From the IMG/VR virus record IMGVR_UViG_3300042549_005813: 64,000 nt of DNA. One strand, 5' to 3'. Below, one piece after another: positions 54,400 to 63,354 of the stretch (within the stretch, counting starts at the first letter, position 1; every line of letters begins with the position of its first letter). This DNA is from a virus. The position numbers and the translations under genes were made by a program. Below the pieces are notes generated by a model, which ran no database searches, was not told the DNA's origin, and was given only the letters and a program-made list of their open reading frames with translations.

Positions 54400-55047
54400 T
54401 TAAGCAGCCACTGCCAACCGAATAACTTTTGCCATTTTGCGGCCGTGGGCAATATATGCAACCACTGGGACCTCTTTAGAATAGCAAGCACGGCAACCAG
54501 AGCACTTGCCATTTGTAGTTGGTGCCGTGCAAACCTTAACACCAGCAGGCACCGGCATACCTTCTGGCAATATAGTGCTACCATGTACACCAGCAGTATA
54601 TGTGCCATTTATAGCATCACTGCTAGGGCGCACCATCACATTAGGCAGAGCAGCCATTTTGGTGAGCACCTGCTGATACTTAGCGAATTTGTGCATCCGT
54701 GTGGGCAACCAGTGCTTCACGTGGGGGGTCTTAACCATCACAGCATACATTTTGAGCGCTAACTGTATGGAGTACATATCGCCAGAATCAAACCAGCGGA
54801 AGTAGCTTTGCTTTTTGAGAGCAGCAACCATTGTATCCACCCAAGCATCATCCTGCCATGCTTGCTTATTATCGAAGCGCACTTTTTTGGTGCCAGGGAA
54901 ATTATATGTGCCTTGCGTGGCGTAGCAACCAGCACAAGCGGGAACGAGCTCACCATCCGCACCAATAGAACCTTGGCAGGTTTCGAGAGCCTGAAGGGAC
55001 CAGCTGAGGATATTGTCGAGCTTTGAGGTTTTGGATAATTTGTTCAT
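54400..55047 (-). CDS. GP88-like Cys-rich (Fe-S candidate) protein
   Basis: TCQG, CAGCYA, FRWFDSGD, HWLPTR and C-terminal CSGCRAC motifs. Confidence 0.75.
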   Translation of the reverse strand: MNKLSKTSKLDNILSWSLQALETCQGSIGADGELVPACAGCYATQGTYNFPGTKKVRFDNKQAWQDDAWVDTMVAALKKQSYFRWFDSGDMYSIQLALKMYAVMVKTPHVKHWLPTRMHKFAKYQQVLTKMAALPNVMVRPSSDAINGTYTAGVHGSTILPEGMPVPAGVKVCTAPTTNGKCSGCRACYSKEVPVVAYIAHGRKMAKVIRLAVAA

Positions 55048-55077
55048 TTCGCTTTGCTTTCTTGATTTGATGGAAGG

Positions 55078-55143
55078 AGTATAACACGGCCACCGAAAAT
55101 GGCAACCTAATACTTTTTAACTCAAGCCACCAGCTGGAGTATT
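55078..55143 (-). promoter_or_regulatory. Early promoter cassette with AGTACT-type boxes
   Basis: Minus strand AATACT-N15-AGTTAA-N2-AGTATT-AGG-TTGCCA-17-TATACT. Confidence 0.65.
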
Positions 55144-55407
55144 AACTCGGCACCTCTAGTGCAAGCACCAGCACAAGCGCTTGCCACCGACAGCACGGCG
55201 GTGTTATAATATGCGCCGACCAAAGAACCAGTCACAAAAATGAATACATTCATACTAACTCCTAAATTGTTAACTTTTGTTTTCAAATACTGTGCCAGTA
55301 ATTTTCCAACTGGCGGCCTCTGGGATCCGATCCCTTTGCCTTACACTCGAGCGCCGGTGTTGGCACCGGCTTTTGGTGTTGCTGCGTTCCTCGCAGCACC
55401 CGAATGG

Positions 55408-55743
55408 TTACGCTGTTGCTTTGCGAGCCATGATGGCAGCAGCAATAGCATTGTCCTCAGCACCGAACACCACGCCTTTGCTTGGGCGCTTGTTGGCTTT
55501 CACTGCCTTAGCGCCTACAGCACCAACTTGCTTAGCAAGCAGCTTCTCAAGGCGAGCTTGTGCCTTAGCGATAGCGGCTTCACGCTTTTCAGCAGCAGCC
55601 TTCAGTTTAGCGTCAGCAGCAAGACCACGCAAAGCCTTTTTGGTTTCAACCTCGAGCTTAATTGACGCCTTGAGCGCCTTCAGGGTCTCACGCTTTTGAG
55701 TGAGAGTTAAACCTTCAACCGAACCACATGCGAATGTAAACAT
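55408..55743 (-). CDS. Basic Ala/Lys-rich protein
   Basis: Own minus-strand promoter (TTGCCA...TATAAT, ~55777-55805), SD, histone-like composition. Confidence 0.7.
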   Translation of the reverse strand: MFTFACGSVEGLTLTQKRETLKALKASIKLEVETKKALRGLAADAKLKAAAEKREAAIAKAQARLEKLLAKQVGAVGAKAVKANKRPSKGVVFGAEDNAIAAAIMARKATA

Positions 55744-55837
55744 TTTTTTCCTTTGTTTGTTTGTTTGTAAGAGTCAATTATACCAGATTTGGTGAAAATG
55801 GCAACTGTAAACTTTTTTCTTCCAGTTGCCTGTAGTG

Positions 55838-56095
55838 TTATTCTGTGGTCAATTCATCCAACAGGCGGCCGGCCGCTTCACGCTGGTCCTGTATTTCGCA
55901 AAGGATGAATTTAGCACGGTTCATATATTGGCGGGAATCATTGGTTGCACCCATCGCCAGCAATTCCTGAGCGTCCGACAATATGCTCATGCACACCATT
56001 TCCAGACCAACGTGCTTGGCAGTAAAGCTTTTCATATACTGCTCACGGATCGCTGCTGTTGACATACCGTAGCACTGCTTTTCGAATTCGGTCAT
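55838..56095 (-). CDS. Hypothetical protein
   Basis: MTEFEKQCYG start with SD; minus-strand TTGCCA..TATACT promoter at ~56126-56154. Confidence 0.7.
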   Translation of the reverse strand: MTEFEKQCYGMSTAAIREQYMKSFTAKHVGLEMVCMSILSDAQELLAMGATNDSRQYMNRAKFILCEIQDQREAAGRLLDELTTE

Positions 56096-56165
56096 ATTTT
56101 CTCGCTTTCTTGATTTGATGGACAAAGTATAACCGATCCTGCAGGAAATGGCAAGCGTTATCTGG

Positions 56166-56354
56166 AATACTTGACCGGATTGCTTGAGTACTATTGCGCT
56201 ATATTGCCAACCTGTCTGGTTCCTGTATAATAGCACCTATTCGAAAGCAGACTGGGGTGGACGCTGGGGCTGGGCGTTGAAAACGGAAGTACTCTAGCTC
56301 GGCAATGGAGTACTTTTTCAGTATATTGCCAAACTCTCGGTTTTATTGTATAAT
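56166..56354 (+). promoter_or_regulatory. Two tandem early promoter cassettes
   Basis: A(A/G)TACT pairs 21 bp apart (56166/56187; 56288/56309), each followed by TTGCCA-16/17-TATAAT. Confidence 0.7.
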
Positions 56355-56381
56355 ACCCACATATTAACACAGGAGCATTAC

Positions 56382-56573
56382 ATGGGCAAAATGTCAGAAA
56401 TTAGTATTCAATTACAAGAGTTGGAAGAAATGCTGTATACTTTTGGTTTAGGCCATGAAGCATTCATACAGGAGTGTAAACTTTTGTGTGAGTTGGGCTT
56501 TGCTGATGAAGTACAATGTATTATCTATGATTTTGAAACAAAAGTATTCAATGGCGAACTAGAGCGCTTCTGA
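56382..56573 (+). CDS. Hypothetical protein
   Basis: SD AGGAG; MGKMSEISI start. Confidence 0.65.
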   Translation: MGKMSEISIQLQELEEMLYTFGLGHEAFIQECKLLCELGFADEVQCIIYDFETKVFNGELERF

Positions 56574-56806
56574 GAACCTTTGTAGTACCGAGAAACGCTT
56601 TGTAATGCTTTGAGGTGCCATCGCAGACAGAGACTAAGACTTGTTTCTTACAGGTAACTTGCGAAGCCAGGTGCGCTGGTAACACTAAAGCACACAAAAT
56701 TGCACTTTATGACACTTTTGCAGTATTTTATGCGGATTACTAATACTTTCTCAGTACACCTGGATGCAGGTTACAACGGAAGTACTCATTAACTAGTCAG
56801 GTAAAG

Positions 56807-56869
56807 TTATCCACAGCATATCCACAGCATCTGCGACTTATGCACATTTTATACACAGACTTATCCACA
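56807..56869 (+). repeat. Cluster of five tandem DnaA boxes
   Basis: TTATCCACA 56807, ATATCCACA 56818, TTATGCACA 56838, TTATACACA 56849, TTATCCACA 56861. Confidence 0.85.
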
Positions 56870-56950
56870 GCAACTTTAGTACTCCATGGCCATAATGTAA
56901 GACTTTTCTCTTATATTGCCATTTCATAAAAAACCTGTATAATGTAACAC

Positions 56951-57346
56951 ATGACAACAAACAATGATGAAAGAGCGAAAATGAATACTATTGACTTAGG
57001 TATCTTTGGTGATACAATCTACAATGCAACGGAAAGTATTATTGCTGAAACTGAAAATGTAGAAGAAGGTTTTACTGGTGATATGTTAGATGTAATACAT
57101 TTTTCTGACATACGTGATTCTGCTGAGGAATTACAACTTTTGATTGAACGTTACGAGTCAATCGAAAGTATTAAGAACGAAAGTATTAATCTGTACCAGA
57201 ATGTTAAGTATATCTTAGAACATTGTGAAAATGAAATCTTTAGTACTACTGATACTGAGATAATGAATTCTTTTGATAACATTAGAACTTATGTTGACGT
57301 TATACGTGAATCAGTTAATACTTTATTATCACAGCAGTCGGCTTGA
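56951..57346 (+). CDS. Acidic hypothetical protein
   Basis: Follows a TTGCCA..TATAAT promoter. Confidence 0.65.
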   Translation: MTTNNDERAKMNTIDLGIFGDTIYNATESIIAETENVEEGFTGDMLDVIHFSDIRDSAEELQLLIERYESIESIKNESINLYQNVKYILEHCENEIFSTTDTEIMNSFDNIRTYVDVIRESVNTLLSQQSA

Positions 57347-57590
57347 GAACTATAGTACTCAGGTTGCCAGTTGTCGGATTCTATGATAGAATGGTATTTT
57401 TAAACGGTTGAGAGAGAAAATGACAAAAAACGAAACTTTAGCACTCATTATTGAGCATATTGTAATGCAAGGGTATTCAGACCCCGATAAATTTGTGACC
57501 TATGCTACTACAATTCTGCCAATGATGAGTACGGAAGAGTTACTAGCCGAGTTGGCGTGTCTTGAAGAAGCAGGAATGTGAGTAAAAAGT

Positions 57591-57845
57591 ATGACATTTG
57601 AAGATAAAGTTAGAACTTTTCATGTACTGTATGAGTTGTATCGCAGTCCAAGTAATACTTCCTTATTCAAAGGCGTGCCTGTTGAAATGCGGGAACGTGT
57701 ACTGAAGTATTACAAAGCTGTTGGTCAAAAAGTAAAACTAAGGTATCGTGGTCCTCGGGTTCATAGAACCTTTCGTTCACAAAATACTCGCCAAAGCAGT
57801 TGTTTGCAGTCGGATGCTACTACTTTTGCAGTATACCCACGATAG
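57591..57845 (+). CDS. Hypothetical protein
   Basis: LRYRGPR motif. Confidence 0.65.
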   Translation: MTFEDKVRTFHVLYELYRSPSNTSLFKGVPVEMRERVLKYYKAVGQKVKLRYRGPRVHRTFRSQNTRQSSCLQSDATTFAVYPR

Positions 57846-57851
57846 TCAGGT

Positions 57852-57926
57852 AATACTGTAGTACTCCAGCAAACAAATGGAGTACTATGGTATTAGGTTG
57901 CCAAGTCAGGTAAAATCTGGTATAAT
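57852..57926 (+). promoter_or_regulatory. Early promoter cassette
   Basis: AATACT 57852, AGTACT 57860 and 57881, GGTATT 57889; TTGCCA(57898)-17-TATAAT(57921). Confidence 0.75.
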
Positions 57927-57955
57927 TGTGTTTTAAATCAGTGAGGTAAAATAAA

Positions 57956-58219
57956 ATGCGAAACGAAGCGATTATCGAAATGATAGATGAAATGTTGGAT
58001 TGTGACGGTGACGTTATTATCGGTAATTTGACGTTTTCACGTTCCGAGATTGTGAAGCGTCTTGATCCAATTGCATATCGTATGATGGTGAATGAAATCA
58101 TTGATTCACAAATTGAAGATTTGCAATATGACCTCGACCGCATGGATCCAGAATTGGATGCAGATGATATTGCTGAAATTCATGTGCAAATTGTTGAGTT
58201 AGAAGAATCCTATCTTTAA
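57956..58219 (+). CDS. Acidic hypothetical protein
   Basis: SEIVKRLDPIAYR motif. Confidence 0.65.
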   Translation: MRNEAIIEMIDEMLDCDGDVIIGNLTFSRSEIVKRLDPIAYRMMVNEIIDSQIEDLQYDLDRMDPELDADDIAEIHVQIVELEESYL

Positions 58220-58362
58220 TCAGGTAAAATTATGAATGAATATTTTGTTGAACATGAGTCCGGCTGTGACTTAATCGAAGCACCTAATCTGGAAACAGCA
58301 TATGAGGTAGCGAATGAGTTAGGTTTTGTTGTTTATTCAATTAATGAAGCGTGAGGTAAAAA

Positions 58363-58566
58363 ATGGATGAATTGGTTGATAAAGTTATTACACAAATTCA
58401 ATTAGATATTGAATCTGGTGATGTGACAGCATTGGAAGAATTGCTGAAGCGAGTGCCTGCAAAGGTATTAGAATCATATCTGCCTGAAGTGGATATGGAA
58501 TGTGATGAATATGACGGCCAACCTGACGAAGCGCAGGAATGGCACGATTTTGATCCAGATTGTTAA
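58363..58566 (+). CDS. Hypothetical protein ending DGQPDEAQEWHDFDPDC
   Basis: SD plus ORF. Confidence 0.65.
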   Translation: MDELVDKVITQIQLDIESGDVTALEELLKRVPAKVLESYLPEVDMECDEYDGQPDEAQEWHDFDPDC

Positions 58567-58578
58567 TAGGAGATTGTA

Positions 58579-58800
58579 ATGAAGGTAAAATTGCCGTTTG
58601 ATTGTATGGTGCTCGATAAGGAATCTGTCGAGGTAAAGAATCCGTTTTCTGGTGAAGGTGTAATGCTGACGCCTGAAGCGGTTGCAGTATATGACACCAT
58701 AATGGGTTGTGAGATGACAGGCGACTACAAAATGGTTCGCAAAGGACTGGATTGGTTTCGCAAACATTATCCAGCAGAATATATGGTTCTTTTAGATTAA
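58579..58800 (+). CDS. Hypothetical protein
   Basis: NPFSG...AVYDTIMG...EYMVLLD. Confidence 0.7.
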   Translation: MKVKLPFDCMVLDKESVEVKNPFSGEGVMLTPEAVAVYDTIMGCEMTGDYKMVRKGLDWFRKHYPAEYMVLLD

Positions 58801-58810
58801 GGTAAAAGTA

Positions 58811-59017
58811 ATGACTAACTCAGAATTGGTTGCAAAACTAGAACAGGCGCAGGCATTGCTTGCGGATGTATATCATTGGGCGGAAACACCAATGTCCAAT
58901 GGGCTGCAGGTGTCGCCATTAAAGACAAACGCCGAAGTTGCATCACAAATGAGTGTTGCTGATTCATGTATTATTGACGCTTTAGAAGCATTAGAATGGG
59001 ATAGGGATATCGAATGA
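58811..59017 (+). CDS. Hypothetical protein
   Basis: SD plus ORF. Confidence 0.6.
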   Translation: MTNSELVAKLEQAQALLADVYHWAETPMSNGLQVSPLKTNAEVASQMSVADSCIIDALEALEWDRDIE

Positions 59018-59191
59018 AAGATTTACATTGGATTTATATGTTGGATGTGTTGTCAGGCGCTAAATTTAGTAATTTTGGTTTGCAGTGTTTGGCAGAATTG
59101 AATATTGGCGAGATTAAATCACGGAAAGAATATCCGTTATTGACCCAGCGCCTGTATACACCAACAAAAATGGAAAAATTCGCAATGCAAT

Positions 59192-59258
59192 AATACTTGA
59201 CCTAGGAGATGGAGTACTTTAGTATTAAGGTTGCCATTACCTAGGATTCATGTATAAT
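59192..59258 (+). promoter_or_regulatory. Early promoter cassette
   Basis: AATACT 59192, AGTACT 59213, AGTATT 59221, TTGCCA 59231, TATAAT 59253. Confidence 0.75.
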
Positions 59259-59280
59259 GACACATTCAATAGGAGATATT

Positions 59281-59808
59281 ATGGAATTTCAAACTGGTAA
59301 ACCCCCACAAACTGCCATGTATTTGGTCGACCGTGGGATGCAAGGTAAGTATTATCGCTGGTATGATGCAGAAACCGATTCTTGGTCAATGTGTGGGTCT
59401 GATATGACTGAAGCATTGTCATTTGTTGGTCGTCCATCGCCTGTTGGTTTCTTCCCATGGGTAGGTCCTATGACCGGCCCACGATTCAACCCTAGTACAG
59501 GTGTTGCTGATCCTGAAGTTAAGACACCAAAAGTCGCCAAAGCAAAACCTGCATCACGTAAGATGGCACGCCAACGTACAGTGACACCAACCAAACTGGT
59601 TATTTCAAAAGTTGGCAATACCACTGTTGGTTCTATTGTAAAAGGCACCAAAACAACGTATCCTGATGGTACTGTATTCTTCCGTGCGGATCGTCAAAAG
59701 TGGGTTGCTATGATGAATGGCAAACAAGAAGCAGCACGACCAACACCTGAAGCGTGTTTGTCATTTTTGAAGAAAAAGTATAATGTGGAAGGCATTGTGT
59801 TAAAATGA
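59281..59808 (+). CDS. Hypothetical protein
   Basis: SD GGAG before ATG 59281. Confidence 0.7.
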   Translation: MEFQTGKPPQTAMYLVDRGMQGKYYRWYDAETDSWSMCGSDMTEALSFVGRPSPVGFFPWVGPMTGPRFNPSTGVADPEVKTPKVAKAKPASRKMARQRTVTPTKLVISKVGNTTVGSIVKGTKTTYPDGTVFFRADRQKWVAMMNGKQEAARPTPEACLSFLKKKYNVEGIVLK

Positions 59809-60266
59809 TTAAGACTAAAAAAATTGCAGGTTGGGAAGATTATTCGGTCAGCACCGATGGTCGTGTGTTTTCAAAAAAACGTGGTGAATTGGTTGAATTG
59901 ACTCAAACCAAAGGCACAACTGGTTATTATAATGTTGGATTTTCTAATGGAAAGGAAAAGAAAACATTTCAAGTCCACCGATTGATTGCAATATCATTTA
60001 TAACCAATCGTAAAAATTTAGAAATTGTTAATCATTTAGATGGCAACAAATTGAATAATGATGTATCAAATTTAGAATGGACAACCCGTGGTGGCAATGG
60101 TGACCACGCCGGCAAGGTTTTAGGACCAAAGCAACGTGCTGAACGTAAAGCCAAAAAAGATAATGAAATGAAATCAAAACTTTCTATTATAGATTTTTCA
60201 CACTCTGCTTGCACTGCCAATCCTGAGTTGTTTCATTCAATTTATAAAACTGTTATGGGAGTTTAA
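59805..60266 (+). CDS. NUMOD4-HNH endonuclease
   Basis: YSVSTDGRV, VHRLIA and VNHLDGNKLNNDVSNLEW motifs. Confidence 0.9.
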   Translation: MIKTKKIAGWEDYSVSTDGRVFSKKRGELVELTQTKGTTGYYNVGFSNGKEKKTFQVHRLIAISFITNRKNLEIVNHLDGNKLNNDVSNLEWTTRGGNGDHAGKVLGPKQRAERKAKKDNEMKSKLSIIDFSHSACTANPELFHSIYKTVMGV

Positions 60267-60267
60267 A

Positions 60268-60660
60268 ATGGGTTTAGATATGTACGCATTCCGTGTAAAA
60301 GCGGAAGATGTGATTGATGATTTTAATGTGCGTGGTCAGGACGCTGGTCGTGAAGATGATTTAGAAGAATTGGCATATTGGCGTAAGCACCACGACCTCC
60401 ATGGTTGGATGGAACGCCTATATCGTTCAAAAGGCGGCGATAAAGAATCGTTTAATTGTGTGCCTGTACGATTGACAATGGAAGACCTGCAATCATTGGC
60501 AATGGATGTGACAAAAGGCCGATTGCCTGAAACAGTTGGTTTCTTCTTTGGTAATAATCCACCTGATCCTGATTCTGTTGCACAGGATATGGAATTCATT
60601 GGCAAGGCAATGGCAGCTATTGCTGTAGGCGATGCCGTTTACTATGATTCATGGTGGTAA
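60268..60660 (+). CDS. Conserved phage protein (MGLDMY...YWRK...YYDSWW family)
   Basis: Characteristic motifs as named. Confidence 0.75.
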   Translation: MGLDMYAFRVKAEDVIDDFNVRGQDAGREDDLEELAYWRKHHDLHGWMERLYRSKGGDKESFNCVPVRLTMEDLQSLAMDVTKGRLPETVGFFFGNNPPDPDSVAQDMEFIGKAMAAIAVGDAVYYDSWW

Positions 60661-60850
60661 TGTGAATATAATAATTGGCATTATAATTGGCATCATGATT
60701 ACCATTTCATGGATTGTATTGTCACCCACTGGGTATTTTGCTAATGGCAAAATTATGGACACAGAATTAATGGAATGTGAAAAAGATTTGCCAAGAAATC
60801 AACGTTGTTATATAATTGCGGTGCCCCCCAGTAAGGATTAAGGATTAATT

Positions 60851-61072
60851 ATGAAAAAAGTAACTGTTGAATTGGATTGGGATACCGTTGATGGTATCAT
60901 ACAAACGGAATTGCAAAGTACATATGAATCACTAAAACAGGATTTGGTGAATCGTGCTGAAGGTCGTGGTTTTGCAATATTTGATATTGATGAAGCCAAG
61001 GACATTGGTGAAATCACAGACCATTTATATTGTTTGGAACGTGTTATGAAATATTGGGGTGTGACAGTATGA
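60851..61072 (+). CDS. Hypothetical protein
   Basis: SD plus ORF. Confidence 0.6.
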   Translation: MKKVTVELDWDTVDGIIQTELQSTYESLKQDLVNRAEGRGFAIFDIDEAKDIGEITDHLYCLERVMKYWGVTV

Positions 61073-61434
61073 ATTATGAATTAGAAATTTCATATGCACA
61101 AGATTTTGCATTAGATTCAGCTCTCCGTTTTCTTGACCGCCGTCCATGGGTCATGACCAAGACTATAGAACGCCTTGCAAGTAATGACAAACTGGATCCA
61201 GACCTCTTGGAATTGGCGGTGGCAGTCTTATTCCCAGCTGCCGTAGTACACTTAGCGACAGGAAAGTCCGTATAATATATGGATCCAGAAACGTTTACCT
61301 ATCGTTGGAATGATGCCGTTGTCACATATGATGAGTACAAAAAACTGGTTGCAGACCACCAGGAGTGGGTGGACGCAACGGAAAAGCGGGCAGCAATGGT
61401 TGCTGAAGCAGAGAAACCGAAGCGTTCCAAGAAG

Positions 61435-61501
61435 AATACTTGACCAGACTGCTTGAGTACTAAAGTATTAGGCTTGCCTTTTCTACCAGAACCTGTAGAA
61501 T
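61435..61501 (+). promoter_or_regulatory. Early promoter cassette
   Basis: AATACT 61435, AGTACT 61456, AGTATT 61464, TTGCCT 61474, TAGAAT 61496. Confidence 0.7.
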
Positions 61502-61529
61502 ACGTAGTATTGATTGATTAGGAGTAACG

Positions 61530-62408
61530 ATGATTGATGTGAAATTTGTTGGTGGTAAGTATGTTGCTGTTATCAACGGCAAGACTGTAAAGCGTTCAAA
61601 CAAGGCGCATATGGATTATGTCATCCGTAAGGCACAATCAGAATCCAATTCTGTTGCACCTGTGCTTGAGTCCCGTTTTAGTATTAACCAACGCTTCGGT
61701 TTTGTGTCTGATATGGTTACTATGCTTGCTAACGGCGCACAAGCATCCGTTGTTGTGACTGGTCCTGGTGGTCTTGGTAAGTCTTTTACCGTGTCACAAA
61801 CGTTGACAGCACTTGGTTTCAAAGATGTATCCGTGCTTGATGATATCGCTGTTGGTACCGTCCTTAAGACTGCCAAGACATTCCGTGTCATCAAAGGTTA
61901 TTCAACACCTAAAGGCCTGTACCGCACACTTTATGAAAATAAAGATGGTGTTATTGTGTTTGATGATTGTGATTCCGTACTCAAGGATCCTACATCATTG
62001 AACCTGCTCAAAGGTGCGCTTGATTCATATTCACGCCGTATCATTTCATGGAGAGCGGATATCAAAGATGAAGATTTGCCTACATCCTTCGAATTCAAAG
62101 GTCGTGTTGTGTTTATCTCCAACTTGTCCGCATCCAATATTGACCAGGCTATCCTGACCCGTTCATTGGCTGTTGACTTGTCAATGACCACAAAGCAAAA
62201 GGTCGAACGTATGCGCCACCTGTTGTCTACAGGTGAGTTTATGCCTGAGTTTGATAAGGTCGTTAAGACTGATGCTATGAATTTGATTGAGAAACACCAA
62301 GATTCAGTTAAAGAGTTATCGCTCCGTACACTGATTCAGGTAACAAAGATTCGCCAAGGCGCAGGTAAAAACTGGTCTGATTTGGCTGAGTATGCAATTT
62401 GTGGTTAA
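61530..62408 (+). CDS. P-loop (AAA-like) ATPase
   Basis: GPGGLGKS Walker A; VIVFDDCD Walker B; FISN. Confidence 0.85.
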   Translation: MIDVKFVGGKYVAVINGKTVKRSNKAHMDYVIRKAQSESNSVAPVLESRFSINQRFGFVSDMVTMLANGAQASVVVTGPGGLGKSFTVSQTLTALGFKDVSVLDDIAVGTVLKTAKTFRVIKGYSTPKGLYRTLYENKDGVIVFDDCDSVLKDPTSLNLLKGALDSYSRRIISWRADIKDEDLPTSFEFKGRVVFISNLSASNIDQAILTRSLAVDLSMTTKQKVERMRHLLSTGEFMPEFDKVVKTDAMNLIEKHQDSVKELSLRTLIQVTKIRQGAGKNWSDLAEYAICG

Positions 62409-62420
62409 TCAGGTAAAATT

Positions 62421-62615
62421 ATGAATGAAAGAATCAAACAACTTTCCATCGAGGCAGGTTTCCCCGAGTGGTCTAACCATGCGATTGAATTTGAATTGGA
62501 ACAATTCGCCGAGTTGATTGTATGGGAATGTATGAAAATCTGTGAAGATGTTATGAAAAAAGATAACTCTGCGCTTGCCTGTTGGAGTGGAATCAAAGGA
62601 ACATTTCGGAGTTGA
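62421..62615 (+). CDS. MNERI-family hypothetical protein
   Basis: MNERIKQL...FAELIVWEC. Confidence 0.7.
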   Translation: MNERIKQLSIEAGFPEWSNHAIEFELEQFAELIVWECMKICEDVMKKDNSALACWSGIKGTFRS

Positions 62616-62618
62616 AGA

Positions 62619-62831
62619 ATGAACGAAAGAATTAAAGAACTTTGGTCACAGGCCGGCGGTCACTATAATAGCGGCAATCAGCATACTTGGCCCGAGTATA
62701 CCATTGATGATCCTGAAAAGTTCGCCGAGTTGATTGTTATGGAATGCCTAACCATATGTGAGGAACTAGGTGACAAAGGAATGGATGGCCATTATTGTGC
62801 GGATAAGATTAATAAAACATTTCGGAGTTGA
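62619..62831 (+). CDS. MNERI-family hypothetical protein
   Basis: MNERIKEL...KFAELIVMEC. Confidence 0.7.
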   Translation: MNERIKELWSQAGGHYNSGNQHTWPEYTIDDPEKFAELIVMECLTICEELGDKGMDGHYCADKINKTFRS

Positions 62832-62834
62832 AGA

Positions 62835-63116
62835 ATGAAAGTTGTTATAAATGCGTGTCATGGTGGTTTTGGTTTATCTGAGGCTGCATTAGATGAATAT
62901 AAAAACCGTGCTGGTATTACTGATGAAAGATTTTGGTATTATGATATTCCCCGTGATTGTCCAGACCTTGTGGCAATGATTGAAGAATATGGTACCGATG
63001 CTGGTGGTGATTTCTCAGATTTAAAAATCGTAGAAGTTCCTGATGATGTAGACTGGTACATTGAGGAATATGATGGTAGAGAATGGGTGGCTGAACGTCA
63101 CAGGACTTGGAGTTAA
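62835..63116 (+). CDS. Conserved phage protein
   Basis: KVVINACHGGFGLS...LKIVEVP...EYDGREWVAERHRTW. Confidence 0.75.
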   Translation: MKVVINACHGGFGLSEAALDEYKNRAGITDERFWYYDIPRDCPDLVAMIEEYGTDAGGDFSDLKIVEVPDDVDWYIEEYDGREWVAERHRTWS

Positions 63117-63118
63117 TT

Positions 63119-63352
63119 ATGTGGCGCAAAAGAGAAGTTCAAAATAAAATACAACACGCTTTGCAAAAGGCTGATTGTGATAATATGCTGATGGCATTGC
63201 TTGGTCGCCAAGAATTGGTAGATAGATGGTGGGATAGTCCAAATATGCATTTTAATTTTAAACATCCAATTGATGTATTCAATTTGAATGATGATGGTCG
63301 CCAAGCAGTTGTCAGTTATGTTACGGAACATTGTTATGGTGGATATCATTGA
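63119..63352 (+). CDS. Possible Xre/MbcA/ParS antitoxin C-terminal-like protein
   Basis: LLG...VDRWWDSPN..F....P pattern. Confidence 0.5.
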   Translation: MWRKREVQNKIQHALQKADCDNMLMALLGRQELVDRWWDSPNMHFNFKHPIDVFNLNDDGRQAVVSYVTEHCYGGYH

Positions 63353-63354
63353 TT

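Noticed and set aside
55240-55699. Plus-strand ORFs 55240-55665 and 55277-55699
   Set aside because: They are antisense shadows of the minus-strand Ala/Lys-rich gene, which has the promoter and SD
59805-60266. HNH gene as part of a self-splicing intron
   Set aside because: The flanking ORFs are complete and tightly abutting, so it is free-standing
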